64,000 nucleotides of DNA, from the NCBI GenBank assembly GCA_016748015.1, contig JAAOMT010000302.1:248001-312000 (forward strand), written 5' to 3'. The position numbers and the translations under genes were made by a program. Below are positions 1-14,364 of the stretch, piece after piece. The stretch comes from Geosiphon pyriformis uo1 (taxonomy: Eukaryota; Fungi; Glomeromycota). Each line of letters opens with the position of its first letter. Within the stretch, counting starts at the first letter, position 1. Under the pieces are notes generated by a model. That model ran no database searches. It saw nothing but the letters and a program-made list of their open reading frames with translations, and had not been told where the DNA came from.

Positions 1-35
1 TCAATGGTTTCAAAGAAAAAAAAAATTCCGAATTT

Positions 36-36
<1 letters not shown>

Positions 37-108
<72 letters not shown>
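37..108. repeat. poly(A) run
   Basis: ~70 consecutive A; a second run lies at ~1367-1420. Confidence 0.9.
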
Positions 109-112
<4 letters not shown>

Positions 113-772
113 TAAATTATATCCTTATTCATACCAGTTTCGTTCGTCGTTTCTTTCATTGATCATAAATTCATTTTTCATTTACGATCGTATTGATTCC
201 TTTTGATTTTCGATTTTTTTAATTTGAACAAATTTCTTTCCTATTTCATGTCAATCTCACATTTAGACAACAATCAAACAAATGACGGCTATTTTAAAAT
301 ACTCGCCATTTAATGAAATGTTTTTGTTTTTTAAAATAAAATAAAACCCATACGTCTAACAATAAAAAATTATTTTTATTTATTTTACCCAAAAATAATC
401 ATATTGAAAAATATCTTTTTCCAAATTAAAAAAAAAGGAGTTCTGCCCCAAAAAATAACAAACAAATCTTCGAAAAGAACTTTTTGTTTTGTTTTGTTTT
501 GTTTTGATATTCTTTTAAACTCATGGATATGTCATTGAAGCTGAAAGTGGGAATCATGAAAAATTTAAAACTGGATTAGAAGCCGGTATTTTTTTGAATA
601 AAGAGAATCATAGTATATTCAAATTTATAATTAATCATTAATAAACATTCATGGAAATGAAGAAAAAACCGCCCCCACCACCAAAAACACCACCACCACC
701 ACCACTCCCCAGAATAGCAATTAAAAAAATTCCAGTCAGTAAATCATGACACATCATAATCTACTCAATTGA

Positions 773-820
773 TCGATGATGATGATGATGATGATGATGA
801 TAATGATGATAATGATAATG
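773..820. repeat. (GAT/AAT)n microsatellite
   Basis: gatgatgat...taatgatgat; explains the poly-His pseudo-ORF 761-994. Confidence 0.9.
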
Positions 821-1366
821 CACAGACGTGTCAACAGCAATTCTTCCCGAAAAGATTGATTGTGAAAAAGTGTTAGGGGGACAAAGGCAGGATTGTTTGG
901 TTTTTTGCCAACATCCCATTTCCAAATTCCATTTAACTATTGAAAAATTGTGAGGAAATTTGAAAGAGGGCAGTTCTAGTGTGATTGATATCATTTATGA
1001 GATCTATAAATTACGTTAAATTAATTTTGATATAGTTGAAAAGATGGTGGGAAGTCAAAAAAGTATGTTTTTTTTTGTTTTTTACTTTCGATTCGACCAA
1101 AATGATAAGTCTACCTTTTACAGGTTCCCTGTACTTTTGTGCACCAGAAAAAGTTAAACCATAATTTCTCAATTATTAATCGAAAATAATTAACTTTTTA
1201 CGGGGTAATTGGAAATTACTATCACTCAACAAGACACCTTAAATAAAATATAAAGTTTTTTTTTAAAAAGATAATTTATAAGGTCGATACTGCCCAAAAT
1301 TCTCACGCATCATTAAATTTCTCAATCAATTATTGCGTTATGACACATATATTGATACTATATTTG

Positions 1367-1424
<58 letters not shown>

Positions 1425-2484
1425 CGTCATTTTACCATTATTGCATATAAAATAATTTTGATAGTCTTTCAAAAATAGTTTAGCATCGTTTTTCCGTATC
1501 CAACTAATACATATTTAAGAAACATGTGGAATGAATTACCAAAAACCGATAGAAATCATCTGGGAATGTTTGGTTAATACTAATCAGGTCTAGCCGACCA
1601 TGCTTCCTAAAATATCCGTTGTTGAAAACTGGATTTAAAAAAGTATTTTTAGGACAATGGAAGGTTTAGAAATTCTTTGGGTATCAAAATTTACTCCGAG
1701 TCAATCATCGGTAAGGATGATCTTTTTGTCGGGGAGTTTGTGTGTCACTTGCTGTTGCCGATAAAAGAAAAAAGTTTTTGATGATCTACTTTACGCGTCG
1801 GAGATCTATTACACAAGGAGCTTAGTCAGAATTACGAAGATTAAGAGGGGTTCAATTAAATATCAACCCAAATCAAAAATATACGACGCCCAAATTTTCA
1901 TACCGATTTTTATGGCAATTTGGAGATAATTTTTGGCAGCCGGAAAAAACTAATTTTAATCTAGACGAAATTTCAAATTCAATTCTGAAAAAATAATAAA
2001 TCAACATTAACGCCCTCACCCTCACAACTTCAGATTGAGCCTTGTTGTTGTTGTTGTTGTTGTTGTTGTCCAAATAAAGTTGTTTAAATTGACTAATTAA
2101 TCCATCTTTTTTTTTTAAAAAATTTTACTTTTAACTTAAAAACCTATTCAGATTCCAAATAGGAAAAGTTTTTGAAAAAGTTTTGTGAATCCATACAAGA
2201 ATGAAACCCAAAAATCATTGAGATAATAGATTTGAGGGAGCCTTAAAGTAAAAATATTGCTTTGTAGAAAAAAAAAATTATACTAAAAAATACATTATCT
2301 CCTTGAATCTCTGTTGGAAAAAGGGCAAAAGATCCTCATATTGGAATCCGAAAAAAGTTAAGGAACAAAAGTATCATTAAAACTTTAGGGGTTAAAATTT
2401 TAATTAATCAATTACACAATGGTTATTGATTAACATGATCGTGATCTTGGTCCTCCCTTATTTAGCTTTGCATTTGATTTCTAA

Positions 2485-2528
<44 letters not shown>
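2485..2528. repeat. (AAT)n microsatellite
   Basis: Perfect aat tandem array. Confidence 0.9.
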
Positions 2529-2530
<2 letters not shown>

Positions 2531-5500
2531 CCATTTATTTTCATTTTCAATAGAGAGCTTTCTCGAATTTAGGCAACATATTTTTTATTTGTTAATGATT
2601 AATCTATATATGAAAAACTTTTTAGCTTATTTATAACATGAATTTACACTTTTTTGTAAAATTACTTTTTATTTGTTTAAATAATAAACATGCAAGTAGT
2701 TTACAATTTAAATATATACATATCTAAAAATTAATATATATATATATATATATAAAAATATAAAAAAAATTGATATATCTTTTTAAATAATTTTTATTGT
2801 TTTTTATTTATTTAATCATAATTTAATATATAATTTAAATATTATAATTATTAACAAATAAACATTTATTTAATTTTAATTTAATTAAAAGTTTATTGGA
2901 TTTATATATATATATATATATAATTTTTAATAGTAAAAAAATTATTGTTTTTGATAAAACAATTTTTTTGTCGAAAATTATTAAATATTTAAAGAAATAT
3001 CTTTATTAAAATACAATAAATTGTTACGAATATATATATATATATATATAATATTATAAGATTATAAAATTATAAAATTAATTATCAATAAACAATTTAA
3101 TGAACTATTATTCTTTATAAAGATAATTAAAAAAAAGTTTTTTATTTAAAAAAAAAAATTATTACATTTGTTTGTAATATATATATATATATATATAAAC
3201 TTAATTTTTACTAAATTTTAAATATTACACAAAATATTTTTAAGTATCATTTTTTTTATATCATAATATAATGATTAAATAATTTTTTAAAAAAAAAACT
3301 GATATTTTTCTATCAATAAAATCGAAAAAAAAAAATTTGACAAAAAAAAAATTAGATAAAAAGATTTTTATAAATAATAAATAAATTTTAATAACAATCA
3401 AAAATTAGAATTAATTTTATTTTAAATAAATAAATAAATCAATAAATCAAAAATTTTATTAATTAAAAATCAAAAGAATTTTTAATAATAAAATATAATT
3501 TTAAACAATTAAAATATCAATTTATAATTTATTTATTTTTGATATTATTGATATTTACATTAAAAAAATTTATTTTAAATATTTAAATTGGTATTTAATT
3601 ATTTATTTGCAAATTTTGATAAAAAAAAAAAGTAATTTATTGTTTTAAAAAAATTTTCATTTAAATTTTATAATATAATAAACCAAGTTAAAAATAGCTT
3701 GATGATTAAATATTTTAATAAAATTAATAGTTAAGATTTTAATTAATAATATCAAATACTATTTTTTTATTTTTTTTATTATTATTTAAAATGTTAAGTT
3801 ATCATTTAATATCAAATATCACTTTTATTTTTGTTGTTGTTATTTTAGATGTTAAGTTAACTCATTAATTGTTCTCAAGTAATCAATAGTTGTCTCACTT
3901 CTTTTCTTTCATGTATCATTTTATTATAATCATTCATTTTAAAGCATTCAGACTTTATACATCGTTAAAACAATTGAATAACAAATTCTTTCATGATTAA
4001 TATAATGAAAATATATTTTTAAAAAAGTTTTCAAGCAAAAAAAAAATCTCAATTTACAATGGTGGTACCTAAAACGACAATTGGATATTCCCCGAGTCAA
4101 TATGAAAATCGATTCAAAGAACCACCCATTAAACAAAACAATCGAAGAAGAATCCCTTTGTCTGGATCTAATTTCTATATCTTATAGCAAAAAAGATTCA
4201 AACAGAAATAAAATTGAAATTTATTCAATTTGAATAGTTTACTTTAAATTTTCGAAATCTTCTTATTATATTTGTTGAAAAATATTTTGTTTCCGTATAT
4301 TTTGTGAATACTCTTATTCAATTGAATTATTTATTTATTTATTAATTTATTTTTCAAGGCTTGAAAAAAAAATATTTTGCCATTATTTCAAATTTTATAA
4401 ATGCAAATGTGTATATTAGAAAGAGGCCAAATTAAAAAATTAAGGCAAGCTAAGCCTTTGAGAATGTTCCATTAGTAATACAATTACTTCGAAATTCCAC
4501 TGGTGTTTTTAAAAATTATTCATGTCACACACATTAGGTGGTACAGTTAAAATTATTCAATTTAACTCTTTGTAATTTTGAATTTTTGTTCACAAGAAAA
4601 ATTATCAAATATTACCCAATTAGGAAAAGATTTTTGAAATTTGAATCAATATAATTTTCAATAACTGACTAGAAATTTTTAATAATAGATTGTGTTACTC
4701 ATGTACAATTTTTCATACATTCAACACCGATTTATTCTTGGTTTTCGAAACATTACTACCTTAGATTCTGCATTATTATTATGGTTCTTTTTAGTTAGGA
4801 GAAATTCAACCAAATTCTGTGTTTACAATAAAATTTTTAACATCAAATAAAATCAATTGAGTCGGACTAAAGGTTTTATAATATTGTTCCGATTATTCGA
4901 TTTACTAATTGATTTATTAATTATTTTTATTTTTATTCTTTCTTGAAAACTTTTCTTTTAATTGTTTCTTATACTTTAGAAAAAAACAAGTTTACCCATT
5001 TTTAATACAATGTCTTTTTTAATGGTCATATAGGACAAGGATTTAATTTATTTTAAATAACTCGATCTTTAAGAGAACTTGAATAAGAGAAATGCATAAA
5101 ATTGCAGCTGAGAAAAAGCTCAGAATCAGATCAACTTGGTGCTTTGGGGTAATGTTGAAAATTTCGTAATTGGTCACAATTATGAATATTTAAAAAATTA
5201 CGTAAGAAAATCTTAAATTTTACATGCAATAATGATCATCAACACGAGTTTTGGCGCCCAAGCATTAGAAACTCATGCAAACTATGGAGACAAACTTTAA
5301 TCATTAATAATTTTTTATATCCTCCTCCTCTTAAAAAGGGATTAATATATCATTTAAAAGTTTTTAATTGTGAATCAAAAATCAGTAATTTCGTAAAATT
5401 GAGAAATTTGGAATTTCATCAATTATTGATGACCCGCATGCATTTATTTCCAAACTTTACTCAAATTAGACGAGAAATTTCTGTTCCCCATTCTGGGAAA

Positions 5501-6000
5501 TATTCTAGTAAAAAAAGCGATCAGGATTGATGAACAATACATATTTACTTGGTATAACGAGACGCGTAAAAAAAAATTTTCTTAAATTGGAGAAGAGTTC
5601 TCGGTTTCCATTTTTCCCACTCTGTTGGTACTTCCAATAAAGATGTACCAAAGGCCAATCACTTCAATTTTTGGGGTTTCATTTTTTTGCAGGATCTCAG
5701 ATAATGTCAGGGAAAAATATATCGGCTTTAGGTAAACAAATAATGAGTTAGGTTACTTTTCCTTTTTTTTTCAGTCTATTAAAAATTAGCCCAGCTGTCA
5801 AGTCATTGGAAAGGAAGAGAAATCTGCAACCATTCATGAGGGAACTAAAAATTATTCGCGAAAAGAAAAATAAACTAAAAAAGGTGAGAAACATTTTTCA
5901 AAAGACGCCCAAATTTCATCGACCGGACGCGTCGCAATGGTATATGGGTTTGAATAAAACCCGTTGCTCTTATTGTAATGCATATCTGTTTTTCTTCCAC

Positions 6001-6054
6001 AATGATAATAATAATAATAGTAATAATAATCATCATCATCATCATCATCATCAT
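6001..6054. repeat. compound (AAT)n(CAT)n microsatellite
   Basis: Source of the poly-N/H and poly-D/Y pseudo-ORFs at 5806-6108. Confidence 0.9.
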
Positions 6055-8130
6055 TTGGGGTTGTTGAAAAGGACAATGAATGAAAGTTTGGTGGTTTCAT
6101 TTCGCTGAAAAGATAAATGTTTAAAAGATGTATGAATGGTCTATCCCAAACAAATTTAACACATCAAAGAGCAAAAGTATCCAATAAAGATATAGCAATC
6201 TAACTACCAATTATACAATTAAATTATTATTATTATTGATCAGTTGACTTTCTACATCTCAAAAAAATTTATCATAAAAAATGTAGATCGTACGTACACC
6301 TTAAAAAAGCGCCTTTAGCTGATATCTAATTTCATGTTTTGTGCCGTCCAACTCTATAATTGATGCTGTACCGCGATAAAAAATAATTTTGATCTTCAAT
6401 AAAATGGAATTTTATAACAGGTTTGAATAATAAATAAATCCTTTAATTGTCTCGAGAAATTCATGCACCTCATTTTCAAATCTTTTTACATACTCAAAAC
6501 ACAGAATATTTAAAAAACATCTAATAAAAAAATTTTGAGCTCTCAATTAACTTTGAATACTATTATAATACTCTCATTAACGCAAAAAAGTTCCTGAACA
6601 ATTAAACTTTAAAAAATATCCTCTTGATTTAAATCGATTTAAAGTTTTTTCCCAAAAAGAATGTCTAATTTAAATTACTCAAGCTCCCATTCTTTTCCCT
6701 TCTTTAATTGACCTCGAATTAACTTTATGTCACTTCTTGTTAAACTTTTGGTCTGTTACGCAATATTCGTGTAAGTTTCTATTAATTTCTTTTAGAATTA
6801 AACATTATATTGATTAGTATGAACTTAGTCAAAAGTTTAATACAATAGAAAATACTATTAATACATTATTTTACCTTGAATCGAAATCCTAATCACACAG
6901 ACCCAGGTAAACGTCTCGATTTAGTTCCATTATAAATCTTTAGGTTTTCACATGAAACCACACAATAACATCTAAACTTGCCTTCTTTTCATTGACTTAT
7001 TTAAATTGGACAAAGAAAAGAAACCCACATTTACAATTAAAGCAGGTTAGATTAGGATATATTTGGAATTTGAAAAATAAAAAGTATAAAGTATAATTTT
7101 GCGTTATACTTCCAACTAATTAAGAATTATAATAAAAATGAACGGACACATATATAAATAAATCTTACTTTGAAAAACTGGTTTAATTTTGTGACCAAAA
7201 TTTGGTTTTAGCTTTGGTTTTCTCCCTCAACTTGGTGGGGGCTATTTGTTCGTTGTAAAGTTCTCATCTGGCTGGTTAAACAATTTTTCTTGTTTCAGTT
7301 ATCTTAAGTTTATTATTTGTCAAGACAAAAAAAATTTTAATTCAAATCAAAATTAAATTTTGTTTTTTAATTTTGGATAAAAATTTATTTCAAATTAACA
7401 ATGGTTTTGGGTGAAGATAGATTTTAAAAAAATAAAGAAAGAAATATTTGAAAAAAACTCCTGAATATTTTTTCATTTAACACCTAAAGATTTTAGATTT
7501 TAGTCATCATATTTCTTAATTTTTATTCGATTATCAAAAAAGTGTTTTTTATCAAACCCCCACTCCTCTGAAATAGATTTAATCATATTTTTACAGTTAG
7601 GCCTCTTTAACAGAATCTTAACTCTAGATATTGCAATCTTTGAATTTTCACATAAAAAATCAAACGACTCCTGAACGTCAGAATTTAACAGAGGTTCTTG
7701 AACTACAAGGATTGAAAAGGTGGTTGACGCTTTTTCACGGTGATCAATATTGTCCGAGTTAATCGTCATGATGAAATAATGTTTTAATAATGAGTTTATC
7801 ATAGCATATTTATTCCTTTCAATGTATTAAAGATCACACTTTATCATTAAGAATTTTCCGAAATAAATGGCTTCTAAAATCAACGTTATACCTCAAATAG
7901 GTTTGATTTTGAGAAAAAATGATATTAATTATACTTTTAAAAGTTTTTAATTGTCAGAATTATTAGCTAAATGGAAATTGTAAAGTGACAGAAAAACTTA
8001 ATCACTGTTTAAAAGTTGAATATTTGAAAGAATTGTCTAAAGATATTTTCATTGTGGATTTGATAAAAAAAACAAGAATTTATTGAAAAGAATCATTTTC
8101 TAAATCAAGAAGGGATTTCTTATTCAGATT

Positions 8131-8144
8131 TATCATCATCATCA

Positions 8145-8194
<50 letters not shown>

Positions 8195-8259
8195 GTTGTT
8201 GTTGTTGTGTTGTTGTTGTTGTTTTTGTTGTTGTTTTTATTGTTGTTATTATTATTATT
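8131..8259. repeat. compound (ATC)n(ATT)n(GTT)n microsatellite
   Basis: Tandem trinucleotide blocks seen directly. Confidence 0.9.
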
Positions 8260-8879
8260 GAGTAAATCGTTTATTTGAATCATAATGATTAATAGGGTTA
8301 CATGATCGAAACCTTTTTTTTTTCATAATAAAAAAATAATGGCTTAATAGAAATTAAATTTATGTTCCACTAATGATGAAAAATTTATAAAAACTAAAAT
8401 TTTTAATGCTATTTTTTTAAAAAACCTGTGAATTTTAGTGAGAGTTTTTATTTTTTAATCGAGAAATCGTTTAACCTTATTTCCCTTTAATCGATTTGAT
8501 TTTAAAAGATTTTTGAATTTAAATTATTTTTATTTATTTATTATTTATTACTTATTACTTATTATTTATTATTTATTATTTATTATTTATTATTTATTAT
8601 ACAATTATATATTAAAATTGCAATTTTTTAGATACGTTATCCGAGGTCAATTCAAAATATTCAACCCTAAATTAAGATTAATTCCAAATAGAAATATAAA
8701 AATAATATCCATTTTTTATTTGGATTTTATAATTTCAATTACATTTACATTTTAAACATAAATTTTCATCCGAACAATATAAATTCTGTCAAATATTTTT
8801 TAAGCCAAAAAACTTAAAAAATTTAAATCAATTAAAAATTATAAATAAAAAATTACTTTAACTTTAAAAAAATTGTTTA

Positions 8880-8992
8880 TTTATTTTATCGTATTTTATT
8901 TTATTTTATAGTATTTTATTTTATCGTATTTTATTTTATTTTATTTTATTTTATTTTATTTTATTTTATTGTATTTTATTTTATTTTATTTT
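8880..8992. repeat. (TTTTA)n pentanucleotide microsatellite
   Basis: ttttattttatttta array. Confidence 0.9.
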
Positions 8993-9956
8993 CAATCTAA
9001 ATTTTTTTTTAAATTATATTATTAAAATATTTAAATATTATCTTATCAATCTTTGAATTATAAGTAAGTAAACGTTATGCATGAAAATCTAATTGAAAAA
9101 TTTCTCTATTCATGTTAAAATATTATTCACGCTCCAAATTCTTAAATTTCAAGATCTATCTATGCATATATCAAAAAAATCTTAACACTATTAATTCTAC
9201 CTTAAATATATTTTTTTCCTCGATGAACATTATTTTTAAAATACAAAAATTAATATTTGTTTCTTTCATTGTATTGTTCATATTTTCATTATATAGTTAA
9301 TTTCAAAGCCCTATTGATAAACAAAAAAATTTATTTAACAGCAAGGAAGGACGACTTTAAAAGATTATGCATGATCGTTTTGATTAGATCAAGACCTTGA
9401 TCCTTTGATATAATTTTTTTTATATTATCCAAAAATTTTCCGATATCCTCGCAAAAGGGGAAATACAAGGTATCTATTGGATGTTATAATCGAATCGATA
9501 AATCATTTTTAAAATATTTCGCTATCGGGACATTATAAAGAATTATGTAAGCAAATCAATTACTTGATCTGATCTGACCTTGACCTGGCCTGGCCTGACC
9601 CGACCTGATCCTGGGTAAAATTGATAATTCATTATTCTGGAAAAGACCCTGTTCACCGGAAAAACGTGTCTTAAATGAAGACCTTTCAATATTTTAGTCC
9701 CTTTCGAACTCATAATTTTTTTATATTTAGATATGTAAAAATGGTTATTTCTTAAAAATAGTAAATGTTAAAAAACTTTAAAATTTTCTTTTATCTATAT
9801 ACTCTTATAATTTACTTAAAATACGTTAAAAAATTGTGACATATTAAATAATTGAATTTAAAGATAACATTTCAATATATCACAAAATCTTAAATGTTTG
9901 ACATAAATTTTTAAAAAATATGAAAACAAATCTACGACTATTTTATTTATTTATCA

Positions 9957-10075
<119 letters not shown>

Positions 10076-11501
10076 GTAATTTTTATTTTTATTTTTATTT
10101 ATTAGATAAAGGTAATTCAGAATTTAAAAATCTTGCTCAATAATATTTAATAATACAACTTATTAATAAAAAAAATTATATAAATTATTTATTTTTAATA
10201 TTCGTAAAATTTTTATATGTTTATTTTATAATAAATTTTAAAATTTTTCATAAATTTTGTTAATTATGATGACAATTAAAGTAAATTTTTATTCCTAAAA
10301 TTAATTAAAAAGATACTAATTTGTTTAATTATCAAGATTAAAATAATAAGCTAAAAATAGATCAATAATCAGAACATTTTCCCCAAACAGTTATATCACG
10401 TGATTAAAGACCCATATAATATACAATTTTTTTTTTCGTCACTACCTTTCATGCTACTTTCCTTTTCAAAATTTGACTTGATACTCGGTAAGTTTCACAA
10501 CTAATGAAATCGTATTATATTAAAAAGACCAAATATGATGAAATATACTTGTTGATTTCTTGTCTCAAACGCAAAAAACACATGAAAGTTACCTTAGTAA
10601 ACCTCTAAGAAGTTCTGACCTTTCTTTCCACGCTTTAATTTGTCTGTGGTGTTTTGGGAAAATAATTTTGCTCATTCTTAATACTGTTTTGTTCTAATCG
10701 GAACCCGCGCGTTATACCAGACCATTAAATATCGATCCATCCCATCATGATAAATTGCCAAATCAAAAGGTATTTTAAACTTTCATACTTTTCAAATTCG
10801 AATTTCCTATGAGAGAATCCATTCAGAAAAATCGAAATGATTATTTAATTTTAATCTGTCAATCCACTGAATTTTTTGCTTATGTTGAAATCATTTATTA
10901 ATATACATTTATGATCGATTAAAAAAACTCATTTAATTCTATTCATTCTTATTTTGCCACGTTTTATACCATGAGATTACTAATATTGCTGTTTGATTTT
11001 TGCTTTCCAATTCTCCACAATTTATACGATTCAAAAAAAATGGGTTTTAATGGTCAGATTATTTTACTGGTAAGTGTTAACATTATATGAGCGTGACCCT
11101 TGAGCTTTTATAGAAGGAAATATTAAACATCTCATACTACTTATCTAAAACAGAATAACCCTCTCCTATTCTTAAGTGTTTAATACAATGAACTTTGAAG
11201 TTTCTCGAGGTCATAATCAGAAATCGGGGATGGGGTGCAAACGCTCTTACATTCTTTTTCGCTGAATATTTTTGTTAATTCTAGTATAAATGCGTTAATT
11301 CTGATTCTAACAAATTGCAAGGGAATTAGTGGAAGATTTTTAATATATTTGTCTTAAAGCTGGGACTCAATAGGTTCAGATTAATTAAAGCTTACAGGTT
11401 TTTAAATAATCCTAAAACAGTCCTTGACAAAATTTTCTCGGTAAACTACACAAACATCTTGGCATTAACTCCAAAAGAGACTTTTCGTCTAACTTGCTTA
11501 T

Positions 11502-14364
11502 TTAGGAATCTAAAGGCAAAGAGCCGAAACCTTTCCCCATTTTCCTAGAATGTGCATTTTTACGATTATGATTTGCCCCCCTTCCCTTATGTCTCTCTTT
11601 TTGCGCTCGACTAGCTGTATTTCCACCTTCACCTCCCCTATGAGGTGCTTTTCCACGAGTATTTCCCCTGCCCCGACCCTGATTTGATGTTGCAGCGTAA
11701 CGCTCTGATTGGCTGCTAGATTGATCTTCATCATTATCAAGAAATTCTTGTTGCCCTCTCCATTCATACTTCTCGAGCAATCTATCCTTCCTGGGCTATA
11801 TTTTAATCCCAAATCAGACGTTTAAAGATGGGTGAAAAAAAAACTAATGAACCGTTAGAATCAAACAGAGGACTTACATTTCTTTGAAACATGATGAACC
11901 ATCCTTCAAGTTGTTCATCAGTCATCTGGGTAATTCTACGGAGTTCTTCACGTTTCTTTGACTTTCTTACTTGGTTAGTTCTTTCAAATACAGATGGATC
12001 CGTAGTATAAGTCTTAATGAGCTCACTTTCGTGAATAATGCCTGGGTCAATCTTTATGATTTTTTTTACCGTTATCATGTGTCACGAGAAACACCGAACA
12101 AAAAATAAAGCTAAACGTAGAAGCAGCGGAGGTTTATCCTACCTGGTCTCCATGCCTTTGGCTATCTTGTGACTCCTCAAGCTCATCAAGTAAATGAATA
12201 TCAACGGCACCAGTTTTTAACCCGCTAGTGTCGTAAGTGTCATCATATTCATCTTCATACATATTGTACGCATTCTCTATGATCGACTCTCTGTAAGAAT
12301 CAACAAATGATTTATCATCCAATAGCCTTTCAGCCGTTCCACGACTAAAATTCCAATACCAATGAGTTATGTTTGTAAGCCCAAAGTCCGAATCTAACTA
12401 AGATCTTGATTATTAGGCGAACATACTTTTTTTTACCCTGGTGCAAGCGTGAAAGATCGACTGTTCTTCCAGAAAATACATTGAACTCTTCATCATCATC
12501 GAAAATGTTGTGGCGATTAGCAAGAGGGCTCTCTTCTGTGAAGGATTATAGGGAAAGTGTATCAACATTATAATATATGGGTTAAACCTGATAATGTTGC
12601 AATTTATCAGGTACAAACCTACAAGATCAGTTTCCATATTCTCGACACCGCGGTTAAATTGGGTTGGGAGACTGGTAAAGACAAGAGTTCATCATATGAA
12701 ATGGTTTACAGATTGAAAAGGTTCTATTCATACCGTGGTAACGATCGATCCAATATCTCGAGGTCACCTGGCAAGGTATTCTCTAATAAATGATTGATAA
12801 CCGTCTCGGGATTTTCATTTAGACTAATCAAACATGCCTCTACAAATCCCTCACCAAGTTCAGGAAAAACGTTGCGAACTTGTGAAATGAGCGATAGCCG
12901 TTTGGCATTTTCCTTTGAATATATTATTAAGATAAATAAAACCTTTTGATGTTTTGATTCTAAGATGAGTTAAAATATAGCAAATGAAGTAAACCTCAAC
13001 AGCTCGCTCCAATGGAGATGGTTTTTGATGCTTGACCCTCCCGTTTACCATTAAGATCTTATTCTTCATCTGTTCAGCTCTTTTACGTCTGGGTGGTGTC
13101 TCTTGAACCATATTCCGCATCATCTCTAAAGATTTATTCACATAATCTATCCGGGCATCTTCGGTGTGAAAAAATTAAGGGTGACTATGATTTCAATTCA
13201 AATATATCAAAAAGTTAAGGTCTTATGCTTAGCCCCAAAAGGATATCCATTAAGCACCTCATCCTTAATCCTGGTCAGTTTTGCGCTCAAATTGAATTCA
13301 ATTTCAAGATCAAGAATTAGTGGGGCATCCACAAATGATAGAACCGGTTTTTCTAAAATTGATTGTTCAATAATCCAGAATAAGACATCATTCATACGGT
13401 CCAACGTCGCTTGTATTTGAGCATGGTTGGTCAGCTTTTTATCAGATTCCTTAAATATTGAGTTATCCCCTACTTCCACAGTAAACCCTACTGGACTGAA
13501 ATAAGACGCCTCGATCATATGATATATTAATGAAACTAACGCGTGTTTTAGAATGTTTAAAATCCTAGCAAATTCTTTGGTATTCTCGGGGCTCATAGTA
13601 TTAGATATAGAAGGGAGAGTAAACTCGTAAAAAGATTTAACAACTTTTAAAAGACTTTGGTCTTCCCCAGATCCTGGTAGATTACTATAGATACTGGCTA
13701 CTACCTTTGATATTGAGAACAAACAATCCAGCGTTATTGCAACATCAATCATTTGTAAGATATATTTTTTATAAGATTCCAAGGCATGATTTTGCAAGTC
13801 AACCTCATTATTGGCTTTTGCTTCCTCAATTTTCTGCTTTAATGACTTGATATGATCAATTATTATACCAGAAAAGCTTTCAAAATCTTGGATCACGCTC
13901 GGTACCAGTAAAATTAGATTATCAAAGAATTCTCGTGCGTGGTCGAAATTTGATTTTCCATAATTTACCAAAAAATCAAGCAGAAGAGGAACTGAGAGAA
14001 ATTTGAGCTTGTATAAAGCGTCCATAAGACTTTTCCCTTGAATTAGGTTGATGATATCAAGTTTAGGCTGAGAACAACGTAATAACACTAACAAGACCTT
14101 TTTGTCTAAGGGCATTTCTGTTGATTTAGCAGTGCGTTCCAGTATAAGTAATTCTTGGAAGTCTGCACGAATTTTTAAAAAAGTCTCTATAAATGTTCGA
14201 AGGGATTCGTTTTCTATGAGGTGCTTCGCGAACTCATGATCCGGTAATTTCAGAAGAATGGATAGATTACTTTTCCACAAATTAAGAGCTTGCTCCCAGT
14301 CAGCTTCTGTGACATTCTGAGCTACGTGCCGATCAATAAAAGGTGGAAAAAGAAGCTTTGTCAT
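11502..14364 (-). CDS. ASCC2: Activating signal cointegrator 1 complex subunit 2 (ASCC2/Cue3-like, CUE ubiquitin-binding domain), 8 exons: 14364-13247, 13163-12995, 12912-12734, ~12672-12619, ~12537-12427, ~12346-12143, ~12051-11878, ~11797-11502
   Basis: The spliced product contains the CUE motif ISQVRNVFPELGEGFVEACL...NPETVINHLLE, then RHNIFDDDE, YEDEYDDTYD and the C-terminal KERHKGRGANHNRK, all characteristic of ASCC2. GT-AG junctions restore frame for introns 2-7. Confidence 0.88.
13164..13246 (-). other. U12-type (minor spliceosome) AT-AC intron in ASCC2
   Basis: 5' site ATATCCTTTT, branch site CCCTTAAT ~10-17 nt from the 3' end, terminal AC. Its removal joins LNG|EDARIDY in frame. Confidence 0.88.

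Noticed and set aside
761-9300. Short ORFs with poly-H/N/I/Y/D tracts
   Set aside because: Translations of microsatellites and AT-rich low-complexity DNA
9565-9613. Degenerate (CTGAC/CTGGC/CTGAT)n array
   Set aside because: Short decayed pentamer microsatellite with no spacers; not CRISPR-like
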